Shown: positions 13,999 through 28,400, counted from the first letter of the stretch. The stretch: 64,000 nucleotides of DNA from Lama glama (GCA_028534125.1 CM052817.1:57476001-57540000), one strand, 5' to 3'. Translations and numbers: made by a program. Notes: generated by a model from the letters alone, not told the origin.

Positions 13999-14638
13999 GT
14001 AAGCACCTTCTATAGCAAAAGTCTTATTGGGTCTATGCTAAAATTCTTTGTTGAGCAACCTGAACTACAGCTCTGTGGGGCTAGCCAGTTTTGGAGGGAG
14101 AAATTAGTCATTTTGGAACATAGAGTTCCTTTTAGAGGCAAGGCTAATGTTTGGAAATCCAGAATTCATTGCACTGGGAAAGTTGAGACAGTAGATATTA
14201 AAGGAAGCAAAAGGAAGGAAAGGAAGCGTGAATAACTGCCTCCTATTGTCAGTGGTAGAAGCATTTTCACCAAGATTCCAGCCCCCTCCTTGCAAACCAG
14301 TACAGGCTGTTGAACTGTACCAGCTTTAAAGTGGATGGTCCCTCTTCCCTTGGTATCTTTTTTCAACCTTTCTTTACTAAAAACAGTTTGATTTCCAACA
14401 CTATCACCCCACACCCCCAATCCCCCCACTTAGTATGCACAGCCATACATACATACTTGGTCAGTGTAAGAGTCTGACTCTCACTGCCTTTAGAAATAAA
14501 GCAAAAGTATCATTGTAGTCTTACTTCCTTCCATACACCATAGTCTTAGTAACTTGTTTGAGGCAAACATAAGAATTATCTGTCTTGAGTCAAAATCTTT
14601 AAAGGAGTAACTACTAACTTCAGTATAACTTGTTCTAG

Positions 14639-14844
14639 GAAGAGTTGGAAGAACATTCTTGTATTCAGAAGAGCAGAAGGATGAAGCTACCTTCGAGTTT
14701 GATGCTGATTCACTTGCCTTTGACATGGGAAATGAACCTCTTACAGTTGCAGCTAAACCCACCAAACGAGTAGAATTAACCCCACAAGATGTGAAAGATG
14801 CCCACTGGTTTTACGACACCCCTGGAATTTCAAAAGAAAATTGT
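14639..14844 (+). CDS. NOA1: NOA1 exon 3
   Basis: ttctag|(G)[12 protein letters not shown]...[14 protein letters not shown]|gtatgt. 206 nt. Contains the G3 motif DTPG. Confidence 0.96.
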
Positions 14845-15023
14845 GTATGTATTTGACGTGTTTTAGAAACATTAACTTTTAATTGTACAACTACTCTCTT
14901 AATTGGCAAAAAAGAGGTGCCCTTTTCTTTTAGACTCAGTTCTGATTCACTCATAGAACCGGTTCAGAGATGAATCTATAAACCATCAAGTTCTATATGC
15001 CATTTGGTAGGCTTCACTGCTGA

Positions 15024-15110
15024 CAACCTACTTACATCTTTGGGGTTATAATACCTAAAATCCCAACCTACTTATAACTTTTGTGGTTATAGTACCTAAA
15101 ATACCAACCT
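15024..15110. repeat. Tandem duplication, 2 x ~40 nt
   Basis: caacctactta...ttataatacctaaaat starts at 15024 and 15064, with caacct again at 15105. Confidence 0.85.
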
Positions 15111-17716
15111 TAGTGAGGGAGACATTTACAGAATCCTAGATTTTGAGGTTGAAAGAAATAAATATCACTACAGTCCAGTCACCTGTTTCATGCTTGAATT
15201 CCCTCTATAACATATCCATCAAGCAGTGAACCCAGCATGACTCGCATTCACCTGAAACAGTGTCACCTCACCTTCCAAGGTCACCTCTTTGGTCTTTGAC
15301 TGCTCTTTGTATTGAGCTGAGCAGTCTCCCTGTCACTTGTCCTCCTTGTTCCCTAAAGCTGTACAGAACAAATGTAATGCCTCTTTACTTTTCCAGACTT
15401 TGAAGTATTTTAAAGTATACTGTTCTCTCTCTCCTTCATTCTACCCTTTTTTTCTTTCACTGGTTCATCCGACAAAGATGGAGTACTTACTGTGCTGACA
15501 TAATCCAGACGATTTGTCTTCATTTCCTATAGCTATTCTCTTTGATGGGCTAGTGATGAACACAAACCCTTTGTCACAATGATTTCTAATTTGTTTTTGT
15601 TCTTAAAGTATGACATAAACAACTAAATTTCTTGTATAAGTGCCTCAGATGAGCCTAATTTAGAATAGGATTAACTCTATCTATCTTGTTTTTGCACATA
15701 TTTTTAAACTACTTGCAGAATCTCCTGGGCAATTTGGATTTTATCTTCAATTAAGCCTATATCCTACATGCTCATTAAATCTAACCTTTTATTCATCTGC
15801 AGTTTGGATCATCATCCAAGTCATCAATTGAGTCAAGTGTGCATTTAGGATACAGCCTTACAACAGATCCATTAATCAGCTTCCTCTGAATCTGGTTACT
15901 GACCAGGTTCTAATTTACCTAATTGTCTATGTATAGTTCTGTGAAACAACATTAGATTCTTAAGTATTTTTCCTCCCTTTTGCCTCATCAGAATCACTTA
16001 TCATTTCATTCTCAGAATTGTATTCTATCTGGTGTCCGCATATAGGTCTTTTAACCTTTTTTGCCTTCTACAATAATTGTTTGTGTCCAGTCTTTTCTTC
16101 TTTAGCAATCCAGAACTTCAGAGCAACTGCACTGCTTCCTAGTAATGTTCTGTCACTTTAACTTCACCAATTCATTCTCCCCTTTTAGACTCAGGTCAGG
16201 GATAGCAGTTACTTTGGTCGTGTGTACCCTCTAGTCAATTAGTCAGAAAGGCAAGAACCCAGCAGTGAGACCTGCAAGGTTTTAAATATAAAAGTTCTTT
16301 CAGGCAGTAGGATTCAGTGTCAGTTTATTGATCTATTTATTTGATGCCTTCAACCAGTGTTTCCTAACTGAACCAAGGAACTCTGTTGTGAAATGGAAGT
16401 ATTAGGGTCTCTGGTAAAAGGGTTAAAAGGTTTCTTTACTGCAGGTGGCTTTTAATATATATATCATTTAATTTTACTTAACAGCAGACTAAAAGAGATA
16501 AATGAATCCAAGATAATAGCAATCCTTTACATTTTTCCTCTATTCCTTGAGCCCCTCAATTTTAGGGCTGGGCTTTTTCACATTTACAGGGAAATTCCTA
16601 TTCTAATGCCATGTTATGTTTTTCCAGATCACATAAAAAGATGGAGGGGTTCTCAGTTTGTTTTGCAAAATTGTGAAACTCTTATTTTTAAATGTGATAA
16701 GTAGCTATAAATTTGTGACCACTGTCATTCATAAACTTAGATTCTGGAGCTAATTAAACTTTCTATTATAAGGAACAATATTTGAAAAAACAACAACAGC
16801 AAAAGATAAACGTCCAAATCACCCGTAAACAAGAGGAACACAAAGATGCTCTACAGTGTTCCTTCCAGGCAGGTGGCTTTTAATGTGCTGTGTCAAACAC
16901 AAATTCTAAGAAAAACTATTTGCAGCCCCTTTATATGTATTTTCTTGTGAGCCTGTCTGAGTATCACACATTTTTTATCTCCTTGTTATTTTTCTTAAGG
17001 TGCAAGTTCTCAAAGGTTTCTTACCTGTTTTTTAACTTTCTCTATTTTCTTTTAAATCAGATTTTGATTCCTTAAATCTTGCGAGAATCTTGTATGCCTG
17101 GCTTTCCTTTTCTTTTTTCTCTAGTCTCTTTAGGAGCTCTTCATCCTTAGAAGCCACAGGATTTATAACTTTCTCTCTGTCTCTCTCTCCTTTTTTTTTC
17201 CCCCCTGAGTATTTGGGGAAAATAAGGAAACCAAAGACGGGAATTTAGAAAAGTTTCTTCAGGCTCTTTACTTGCTGCTAGAAGTGGGTGATCATTGCGA
17301 AAGTGCATACTTTCCACTGTAGGATTGAATGTGGCATGTTACGTGACTTTTAGCTGACAACTGCTGCTCCCCAGAAGCCTTGATGGAGACAACCTATTTT
17401 CTAGCTTGGGATTGAATCATTAGGGCTTTCAGTTCACACCAAATTTGACAGAATTCGAGGGATGCTTCTGTTTCATACTCCTATAAAGTTATTTTGCCAT
17501 TACTCAAGATTAAGTTATAAAATAGAGCCATTCGTAAAATGATTCATTTAAGCAGAAAGAATATATGAATTTTATGTGCAGCAAAATCTGGAATACATAG
17601 TTTTATTTATTGTGAAGCCTGCAATATTTTATTATCACTTTTTATCTTACAGGTATATCACAATATAGATGTTCATTGAAAGTAATTCTCTGAAAACTCT
17701 GCCTTTTGCTTTATAG

Positions 17717-17848
17717 ATTTTAAATCTTCTAACAGAAAAAGAAGTAAATGTTGTTTTGCCAACACACTCCATTGTTCCAAGAACTTTCGTGCTTAAACCA
17801 GGAATGGTTCTATTTTTGGGTGCCATAGGCCGCATAGATTTTCTGCAG
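17717..17848 (+). CDS. NOA1: NOA1 exon 4
   Basis: ttatag|[44 protein letters not shown]|gtaagg. 132 nt. Confidence 0.95.
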
Positions 17849-18794
17849 GTAAGGAAAGTCTGTACCACTAAGAAATGACTTAGTATTGGGATTTACTTTA
17901 AGGAAGCAGATAGAGGAACAAAACTAGGTCTTCCCTTTGTAGGGCTGATACACTATTCTTTTATGTGTATATGTTTGAAAATGTCTGTAATAAAAACTTA
18001 GGAAAAAGAAATGGAGAGAAAAAGTACTAGGTATTAAAACCTGTATTTTCAATAGGAAGTTAAGTGCCCCATTCAGCTTGGCATTAAGAAAAGATACTTT
18101 CCCTCTGATACTGTTTTATGTTGAAATGTTTTATGTGGAAATTAGAGCTCACAGCTTTAGGTACAGAGTTTATATGCATTAAATAAATGTTACACTTTTT
18201 ATATCCCATGTATGTGTAATTTTATGTATTTTTTGATTTGGTATTCATTTACATAGCATCATTCAGGGACTTTAGATTATCTATAGAGTTGATCCCTGTT
18301 TTGCCAAAGTGAGGAGAAAAAGGAAAATGAAACATGGATATGTCCAACAGCACTAAATGTAACTTGCAGGCCATTGCCTATAGCAACTTCTTGGGTTTGT
18401 GTGGGTTTATAATTTGTTGGAAAGTTAGACTTTCACACTTAACACCTGTTAAACACTTAATTCCCCTTAGAGCCCATAGAATGTTAGTATTTTAAACTCA
18501 ACTTTATACAGGGACATAAAGGAGACAGTATTTCCTTTTGCTTTTCAAAACAGAAGTTTATTATTATTATGATGATGATGATGATGTATCAACAAGCCTA
18601 TAGAAGGAATCATAGTCCCATAAACAGGTGAAATGCACTGCTTCTGCCATATTTTGCTCCCTTTTTTAGACATTGATGTAGGTTTGATTACAGTTACCAG
18701 GGAGTTTGATTTTTTTCCTTTAATAGTACCTTGTAATGTGCTGGTTTTGCAAATTTTTCATTGTATGAAATAAATTCTTTCTTCTTTTCTTAAG

Positions 18795-18911
18795 GGGAGT
18801 CAGTCAGCTTGGTTTACAGTTGTGGCTTCAAACTTCCTTCCCGTGCACATTACTTCCTTGGACAGGGCAGACACTGTGTATCAGAAGCATGCGGGTCATA
18901 CATTACTCAAG
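18795..18911 (+). CDS. NOA1: NOA1 exon 5
   Basis: tcttaag|[39 protein letters not shown]|gtgagg. 117 nt. Confidence 0.94.
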
Positions 18912-19144
18912 GTGAGGGGACAGGCTTTGATGGTTGCATAGTTGGGTTAACATCCCCTGTGACAGTCCCTCGGCCCTGTTAAGAAAGCCTTTGTTGGACA
19001 GAACCATCTTCATTACACCAACAGCTAGCTCTCCCCTTACCCTGTTCACCTTGAGGATTTTGGCTATAAAGTGAGGTGGGCTCTTACAAGAAAAGGGATG
19101 TTGGATTGGACTGATCCTAAAATAGTGACAGAGCTGGGTTTTTC

Positions 19145-19460
19145 TAGGTAACACTGTCCAAAACGATAGCCACATGTGGCTATTAAAGTAAATTAATTAC
19201 AATTTAATAAAATTGAAAATTCAATTCTTCTGTCGTTGTGACCACTTTTCAACTGCCCAGCAGCCACGTCATTGCAGAAAGTTGTATTGGATAGTGCGGA
19301 GTGAAGAGAAGTTACAGGTATTCTCACAACTTGGGATGCTGCTGGCATCTAGAGGGGGAGGCCAGAGAGGATGCTAACCATCCTGCAGGGCACAGGATAG
19401 CCCCCACAGCCAAGACCTACCTGGTGCAAGATGTCAGAAGTGCCGAAATTGAGAAGCTGT
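19145..19460. mobile_element. hAT-Charlie MITE remnants (MER3/MER33-like followed by MER20-like)
   Basis: ctgtccaa...tagccacatgtggcta...ttggatagtgc, then ggcatctagagggggaggccagagaggatgctaaccatcct...agtgccgaaattgagaa. Confidence 0.6.
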
Positions 19461-20721
19461 CGTTGGGGTGGAAAAGCTCTCCTCCCAGGTTTTTATAATG
19501 CCAGACACTTACAGATTTTCCCACCTCTTCTCTCCTGCTCTACTTCCTTCCTTCCTTGGGCTTGTGAGTAGTGCGTTAAAATTTCTCTGGTCTTAAAAAA
19601 CAAAACAAAACTCAGTGTTCTGCTCATTCCTTCTCTTTACAATCTAGGTTATTCTTGCTCCTCACATCCCATCCTCTGCAGTCCCTGTTTGGCCCTTTCT
19701 GTGCCACTGAAATTGTTCTTACTAAGTCCTCCTTAGACCGAGTAGGGACTGTTTAGCTCTAACCAGACATACTGTAGACACTGTTAGCTAGTGTATAATA
19801 TTTAAGATCATTGGAGCCAGACTGGGTTCAAATCCAGCTCTGCTCCACCACTTAGCAAAGCTGTGTGACTTTAGGCAAGTTTTTTTTATCTCTGTCCGTT
19901 GTACCTATGTCATAAGGTTGTGGAGAAGATTAAATTCCAGGGCACCGTTGTAACCACTATATAAGTATCTGTGGTGGTGGTGGTGGTGGTGGTGATGATG
20001 ATGGTGGGATGTATTTACTGCAAAAATAGCTGCATCCAGTGATTTACCATTAACTAAGGCTCATGCAACCGGAAGTAAGTCAAAATGCAGAATAAACACC
20101 CGCCCTTCAGTGAGGATAAAACTAACCTGACTTGAGGAGTAAATGCTTCCTTCTCTCTGGATTTCCTAAGGAAGCCACTGTGAAATTAAAACGCCATTGA
20201 GGTCACTGCCCTAAAGTGAATACTCCAGAGACATGTAGTGAGCATATAAAAGCAAATAGCAACATCGGATCTGTCGGTTTTGTACCACAGAAGACCTCGG
20301 TTCTCCTGTTAAATTCATTCACTTTTTAGATAAAACAATTAATACACAAATTGTAAGACAACCCGAGACTTACAGGAAAGAAAATGTCCTTCGTTTATAC
20401 AGCTCTCATGAAAATGAACACTATGGTGTTCTACCCCCATGCATCTGTGTAGTTTTCAGAATGAACAGCACTGATACTTCTCAAAGCAACAGGCAGACTT
20501 CTCTCCCAGCATAATATAAACAGTTTCTTGGGCTGCCCTGAGAATCATCCTTGCCTTCTGGTTTTGCTCACTTCCAAAGTCAAAGTCAGTCCTGCCTCTT
20601 AGTTATCACTGAAACCAGCTTCGTAGTCCAAACATAATCTGCTTCCATTAGGCTATTTTTGAGATCTTTAAGTATTTTTCCAGCTTTCAGTTTCTACTGC
20701 CCTCCTCCTACCCCACCCCAC

Positions 20722-20930
20722 TAGAGCTGTGGTTCTCAACCAGGGTTGACTCTTACCCCAAGGGGCCATCTGGCAAAGCCTGGAGAAATTTTTGGTTTCA
20801 CATCTTGGTGGATGCTGAGTAGAGAGGCCAGAAATGCTGCTAAAAGTTATGGAATGCACAGGACAGCCTCCCACAACAGAATTATTCAGCCCAAAAGGTC
20901 AGGAGTGCTGAGGTTGAAAGCCCTGCACTA
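20722..20930 (+). mobile_element. MER20-like hAT MITE
   Basis: gtggttctcaacc...ggttgaaagccctg terminal inverted repeats with MER20-like internal sequence. Confidence 0.7.
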
Positions 20931-21832
20931 GGGAGATTTTTCCAAAATACAAAGCAAGTCACAGTATTCTTTTTTTATCCTTACCTCTTCTCTGACCTAC
21001 TTAAAATTCCTTGGTAGTTCCACATTACTGAGAGAAGTCTCATAACTATTATGCACGCACAAATACACCTCCCCCCCAACAATTAAACTACAGTTCCCTG
21101 AACCCATTATCTTTTTTTCAGTTTTTGTATCTGTACATGATTCTAACCCAGAATACCTTTCCACTGAGTGACTTCAACCTGTTTTTCAAAATACTGCTCT
21201 TCATTAATGTTTTCCTTGACTGAAACACTTCCATTACTTCTTCCTCCACAACCATAGTACTTAATAGATGCCTCTCATTGCATTTCTTACCTTGTAATTA
21301 GTTTACATGTTATTTCCACTTTCTGATTTACTTGGGGGCAGGAGCCATATTGTAACATCTGTCTTAATGTCCTTACTGTAAAACACAGAGAGATCTATTA
21401 ATAAGTAAGTTATTATCCAGTTCCAATCCACAGAAACACCTGTAAACATAGAAACTGAATCTTACCCATTATACATGTACCCTTGACTTGTAATGAGGTG
21501 GGGATTAATCTCCCAGTCCATCCAGGCCTTTAAGAACTAAGGTGTTTGGAAGGATGTTGCCTTAATTGCCCAACGTTATTGTCTGTAGAGCTGTAAAAAT
21601 AGTGTAAGCTAATAAAGCAAGATTCTGCTATCTGGAGGTTACCACCAGATGGATGCCCACATGGGGCCCTTGACACTGGAAGTGTTTGGAATGTTTAAAT
21701 GTTAAACAGTTGAATATTTGAAAGGATTTTATTCTTGATACCCTCCCAGAATTATCAATGCCTTACTTAATATTAGAGTTATGAGGTGTTTAATTTGAAC
21801 TTCCAAATATCTTCATTTCCTTCCCATGGAAG

Positions 21833-21953
21833 GTTCCAATGGGTGGAGAAGAAAGAATGGCAGGATTTCCTCCTCTTGTTGCTGAAGACATTACATTAGA
21901 CGAAGGACCTGGGGAATCTGAAGCAGTGGCTGATATCAAGTTCTCCTCTGCAG
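21833..21953 (+). CDS. NOA1: NOA1 exon 6
   Basis: ggaag|[40 protein letters not shown]|gtaatt. 121 nt. Confidence 0.93.
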
Positions 21954-22267
21954 GTAATTTTACACTAAGCACTTTTTAAAAGGTAAATAAAGTAGCCTTA
22001 CAAACTTACAGTACATTTTTATTATAAATGTACCTTAACTGACATAGCTGAATATTTAAGAATTACATACTACTTTATTCATAAGATGCAACCTACTCTG
22101 AAAATAAATTTGTACCTTTTCGCGAATGCATAGTATGTCTTAAAAAAAAAAAAAACAGAGTGAAAGACAGCAGCAGCCTCCTTTAGGTCTCCATTCTGAG
22201 CTGCGTTTGGTGTTTTTGGTAAGGTGGTTGCTAACACCCATTTGTGTTCTGCCCCTTGTCTGCATAG

Positions 22268-22467
22268 GCTGGGTCGCAGTGACGCCTCAGTTTAAGGACA
22301 GACTGCACCTCCGAGGCTATACACCTCAAGGAACAGCACTGACGGTCCGGCCCCCACTCTTACCACATATCGTCAACGTCAAAGGAAAGCGCATCCCGAG
22401 AAGCGTGGCCTATAAAACCAAGAAGCCTCCTGCCCTTGTGTACAATCTGCAGAAAAAGAAAGAATAA
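22268..22467 (+). CDS. NOA1: NOA1 exon 7 (last coding exon)
   Basis: gcatag|(G)[65 protein letters not shown]. The seven exons sum to 2085 nt, i.e. 694 aa plus stop. Confidence 0.95.
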
Positions 22468-25400
22468 GTATACGAAGCTGACCTTGCTCACATTGAAGAT
22501 TAACCATATAGAACATATTACATACATTGGATTTTGTTAAATATCATGGTACTAAAGCTCCCCACCTCTTCCCCTCTCCTGTCCTTTTTAAACTACTCTG
22601 GACAGTGCTTCTCTTTAAAGTACTGAGTTTGTAAACACAAGTTACTTTTTTGTATGGTGCATATATGTGTGTGTCTGTGGCCCAAATATATCAAAAAAGG
22701 AGTTCTGCTACATTCAGTGTTCTCCTGCTACTATTTTTAACCAAGACCAGATGGCATTTCTTATTTGGAGTCTAGTTGAGAGAGCAACTTAGCAGTTGGC
22801 ATATGAAAAAAGTGGCAGAAAATCAGTTTTTCCAAAATACATTGGCTTAAGTGAGATAGAAGTAAGTGGCTCTGCACCATGTAGTCATCCCAGGACCCAA
22901 CAGGGAGAGCACTCCATGGCTTCCATCTCTGGGTCTAAGGTGGTTGCTCAAGTTGTCATCTTTTTGCAGCAAATGGAAAGAGAAGAGAGTGAAGAGCACA
23001 CAGCTCCCCTATTTAAAAGAAAGCGGAAGATGGAAGTTGCAGACATGACATCATCCATTGGTTAACAGTTACATGGCCACACGCCCCCACAGGGAAGCTA
23101 GGGGTGTGGAGGGAAATAAAGATTTTGGATTTCTATTAAGAAGGGGAGAATAGATGATGGAGAACAATTAGAAGTTTACGTTACATAATCTGAAAGTGCC
23201 TGCAAATCTTAAGACTAAAAAGGATTCAAGTTGTATCTTCCTGAAATCTGAAGTCTATTCTCCAAGTATCAGAACACTAACCATTTTATCAACATTTGCC
23301 TGTAAACATGGTATAACGTTACGTCAGTCAGAAATCTTTCCCTTTAGGTATTCCTAGTTGAGTAAGTAAGTAGTACTATAGCTCAGTACAATGACCAACT
23401 GGTCAGTCAAGTCCCAGATCTCAACGTTGAGATAAATGCTTATAGAGTAAACTGGCCTGAAACACAGATCCAGGAGCTTCCTGTAGACTCAGGTTTAGCA
23501 TGACCTTCTTGACAGTCCCATGTTCTCTGTCACCGTATACACTCTAGCCTCACTCAGTCACTCATTCTAGAATAAATTAATTTTCAGATGCAACTTGTAA
23601 AAACTTTGTAGATCTCACTTCCATCATGTTTCAAGGTGAACACTATTGGCATCTTGGGGGAGGTAGTTCTTTATGAGCATCCCTCATCCCCAAATACTCA
23701 ATGCCAATAGCAACTCTCCTGCCCTTATTTGGAAAATTGGAAAGTATCCCAGATGTTTCCAAACCCACCCTCTAGAGGGCGGTAGCTTCTCAAGTTGAGA
23801 AAATTATTACTGGACTTGTAGGGTTTTTTTCTTATTTTAGAGAGAATGAAATACAATTATTTTACAACTTAAAACTGTGAACATTATATTTGTATCCACT
23901 AAATACAGCTTGGAGCTTAGGCTTGAATCTTTAGATAAAATGAATAAAATACAGTAAATTTGGCATTTGTGGAGAAATACAGAACCCAAAAATTGATGCT
24001 GTCTCTATCCTGATAACTTATATGTATATTAGAAGGCAGAACAGTTTGCCTTCCTTATCTTATCCTTAAGCTTTTAGGCCTCTTGACTAGCAAAAAAAAT
24101 TTTTTAATATTCATAATTTATAGTCACAGTCTCTTTTACCTCTAAAATGTAATGTAATTAATTAAAGCTTGACTTTGGCATATCTAAAAATGTTCCAAGG
24201 TATTTTGCTAGGAGTTTCAAACAGTGCAGTTTATTAAGTAAGTTTCAGTTTCCCTGGTTATATTAATGTCTTTGGGTTTTAATTTTCTCATCTATAAAAT
24301 GGAATGACACTAGATATTTCTCAGTCCTAACATTTTATGATTCTCAGCAAAAATTGGCAAGAAAGACAGGAAAAGGGTGGTTACAGTACCTCAAACCAAA
24401 AAAGACCCTCTGTGCTTAGACAGTGGAGAATGGCCACTAGGATCTGCTATTAATTTACTCCACATTCTGCCAACCTAATGCAGCCTAGGATCAGTGCTGG
24501 TATATCCAACTGGTCAATAGTGGGTTTTGCTGTAAGAAAGTTTTCTTACTGTGTTGGTTTCTGAGCTTAAGTCAGTTTATGGATACTTCTTAATCCATTA
24601 ACTTAGTTTGAAGACTGCCCTTGAGTCACTATCATTTACACTATGGCAGCATGCAGGAATTACTAAAGGGGAGAAATTACTGGCAAACTGTCAGCACAGC
24701 CCCCTCATTGCCACAAAACAGGTTATTTTGAGGGGCTAGGAAACCATTAAGCAAATTTATACTAGTTAGTTTACTTCAGTCTGCACCCTTGTGTCGTTCA
24801 GCATGTCATGATACCTTAAAAGGAGTAAAATATGTGCCATCAAATTGCTTTTTGACTTCTATGTGAGATTAAATGCAGGATTTTTTTAAGTTCCACCATC
24901 TCTTTTTTGCCCTCTTTAAAACAGCAGCATGTTCTTCAGTTACCAAGACAAAGTAAAGTTTAACACATTCTATATTTTTAATCACCATAAACAGCAAGCC
25001 CTGCCAATCAATAGAACTTTAATGTGTGGTTCCCCATAGTCTAAAATTATGTTACTCGTGACACTTTCCATGATAACCAAGAAGTGAAGTACAGATGCAA
25101 TCATGTGTGCTTGTGTTTCTTGATCATTCAGACACTCCTTGCAAAATGGAGATCAAGGCGAGTTTCCTACAGATGACTAACTTGGAGCTCCAGCTGTGCC
25201 AGACATGGCAGAGTGGTTACTGCTCCACTGATTAGGCACCCAGCACTCAAGCTGAGGCGAGCTGTTTTGTAGAACAGCCTCTGATCATTTACCCTGGCCT
25301 CCCTCCCACTTGGCTCTGTCTCATGGAGCAATAGAATCATTTCCACTCTTTCTCAGACTGTTCCATTTTCTGTTGGCTGCTCTCCTCCTCCCAGGGGGAT

Positions 25401-28400
25401 TGTTTTCTCTCAACTGTCAAAGAGTAATTCTTAAACAGTAAAAACAAGACTTCAGACTCATGTGAATTGAATAGATAGCACCTGCTTGCTCTTAATGTGT
25501 CTGTCATGTTGTCTGCCCATTGATGGCCTGTAGTGGCTGGGGAACAGCTGAAGGTTAATATTTCAACACCATGTTGGAATAATGCCTCACTTTTTCCCTT
25601 CATGTCAAAGACCATCCATCAATAGTCTCTCATTTAGTACAAGAGTTTCATGATCTGAACACTCCTAAGTCTACAGCATATTTAATACACCTATGGCTTA
25701 GACCTCAGGTTCCTGTTTTTCAGAAGCTTCCTTTGGGTTATTGGATAATTCTCAGAATTCACCTTCTGAGTAATCAAACTAGTGGGAGAATTTCATTGGT
25801 CTTAGTATTCTCACTGGTAGGTGCAATAGGTATGATATTAATCACAGACACCGTCAGTATCTCTGATGTAGTGTTGGTAAATTTGAGAAAACTGAGGCCA
25901 CACACTCAAAAGAGACACATGTGGTAACGACCACATCATCAGGTGATTTTGGAAGTAAGAGACTGCCAAGATCCCTCTAGCTTTTCAGTAAGTGCCTGGA
26001 AAATAGCAGGTAATCATTGCATGAGTGAATGAATTCGGAGAACAAGGGCACTTTTTTGGTTGGTTGGTTTTTGCCTTCCCTGAGAAACAGCAACAGAGCA
26101 GACTCAAATTTGCTTAGGAGCACTGACACTTTTCTAGAGTTTCTTCCTTTCCTGCCTAAAGGCAAGTATCTCAGGATAATTGTATTTCAGACTATTCATG
26201 GCTGCTATAATCCTATGCCAGCCCATATAGCTTCTTTTTTATTCCTTTATATTCTTATAGTAATAGTAACTAGCCCTTATTTTGCAGGTACAACAAGCTG
26301 GGCACTGTTTTAAGCACTTTACATGTATTAACTGAATCCTTAGAATAACCCCATGCAGGAGGTATGTACTGTTATTAACCTGCATTTAGAGTTGAGGATG
26401 CTGAGGCACAAGTAACTTGTGCATTCACACAACTAATGAGTGACAGAGCTTGATTCAAACAAACACAAACCCCAACACCCTGTGGATTTGTTTATACAGT
26501 AAAACTGACTCTTTTCAATGTTTTATGGGTTTTAACATACATATAGGTTCATTTAATAACCACCATAATCACAATACAAAACAGTTCCACCAGCACCCAG
26601 GTTTTCAACCACCAAACAACACTTCCTCTGTGTACTAGAGCCCCTCACAAGCCTAAAGCAAGGAACTATTCAGCCTTACGAGGGAAATGTGTTATTTCAG
26701 AAAAGAAAGGCAACCCACTTTGAAGACCTCCAAAGGTAATGACACAATGTCCTTGGAAACACTGTTACTGCCTCTTAATTCCCTTTCTAGCTTCCTTTGA
26801 ATCCTCCCATTTACAATTCCACCCTGAGAATATTTCTCAAAGCCAGTATGTGCATGCATGCGTGCGTGTGTATCTGATGTGCTACACCCTTGCTGTCTTA
26901 CTCCAGCAATGCTGCCTAAACCTAAACTGGGGTCCCACAGTAATTTCCGTGTTGTCTTACTGTCTTAGGTAGCTTTAAATCAAACAAGCCTGCTTTCATG
27001 GCCAGCTGGGAGTCTTTTCACATCGCTGGTGAGCTTTGCCAAGTAACATGGACAGATCACAGTATTATCACAAAATTCTGATGAAGAAAATAGGAAATTA
27101 CATACACAGTAAATTTGAAATACAAACATCCAAAGAATTACACCACTAAACTATCCTAAAATAGAAGCTGTGATTTAAAATCCTTGCCCTATTTTAGTAT
27201 ACGGGAGAACTGGAGGTCCCTATTTATTCACAAATTGGATAGCTCCAAAAACCAAATCAGGCCCTCAATTTGTTTAAATGGCTCGTCTTTTCTACTCATG
27301 TAGGACTCATCCTGTTTCCTGTTCCTTTTCACATTTTACTTTCACTAAAATGGGATCCTGGTTGCCCATTTAAAAGCTTTTTAATAATCTCCAGTTCTCC
27401 TCAGCATTTAACATCTGGCCTAAAAAGATTTCTCTCTTTCCTGTCTTTGACTTTAAACTATGGTTAAATATTCAATAGGAAGGAAATTAGAGAAATGGGC
27501 ACTACTTTCCCTAAAATACCAGATAGAAGGTATATTTAATTGAAACACTAGCTAAAGAAAATATCTTTTTCTGTGCACAAGTAAGGCTATTAGGGAAAGG
27601 GAATTCTGAGGAATGTGTTGAAGATTTGCAGCATGGCAGCGGGGATGAGGCTGTTCAACAAAGGAAAACAATGCTTAATGGTCCCTGCACCCACGAACTC
27701 CCCTGTTCAGCATGGCTTCAGTCTCTTCTAGGTGTAGTTGCTCGTTTGTTAAATGCTTCTTTTTAACTAGACTGAGGGCATAATTAGGTTTGTAGCCACA
27801 TCTACTGCTGAGTAACTAACCACCCCAAAACTCAGTGACTTGAGCTTTCATTTGCTCCCATTCTTTAGTTTGGTAGTTTGATCTAGGGGTTCTTCTGCTC
27901 AATGGGGATATGCATTTGCAGACCTCACTCCATGTCAGGAGCTTCATCTGGGATGGTTCTTAGAGCTGGGAAACCTGGGCCTGTTTCCATGGGTTACTCT
28001 CACCTATCATCTCCCCCTAAAGTAGGCCAGTTCAGGCTTGTTCACAAGGTGATCATACTCAGAAAGAGCATGAGAGTAGACGCTGCAAGGCCTCTGGAGG
28101 CTGGAGCTTAGAAATCACACAGTGTCACTGCTGCACTGTATTGGTCAAAGCAAGTCGCGGCAGCAGCACACATTCAAGCTGACTGAAGGGCTGCAAAGAA
28201 TCTGTGGCCACTTTTGTCTACCACAAGGTCTCAGCATGTTCATCATCTTGAGGAAGATGCAGTATAAAATGCTGTGTGTTCTGACCACTATGAAGAGACT
28301 CCACTGTCAATTTATCAAATGAGAAATTTGACGCTGACTTCAATTTACCTCAGGACTCAAGATACATGGAGTAGCTACGTGACTGATGAAACAAGGGAGC

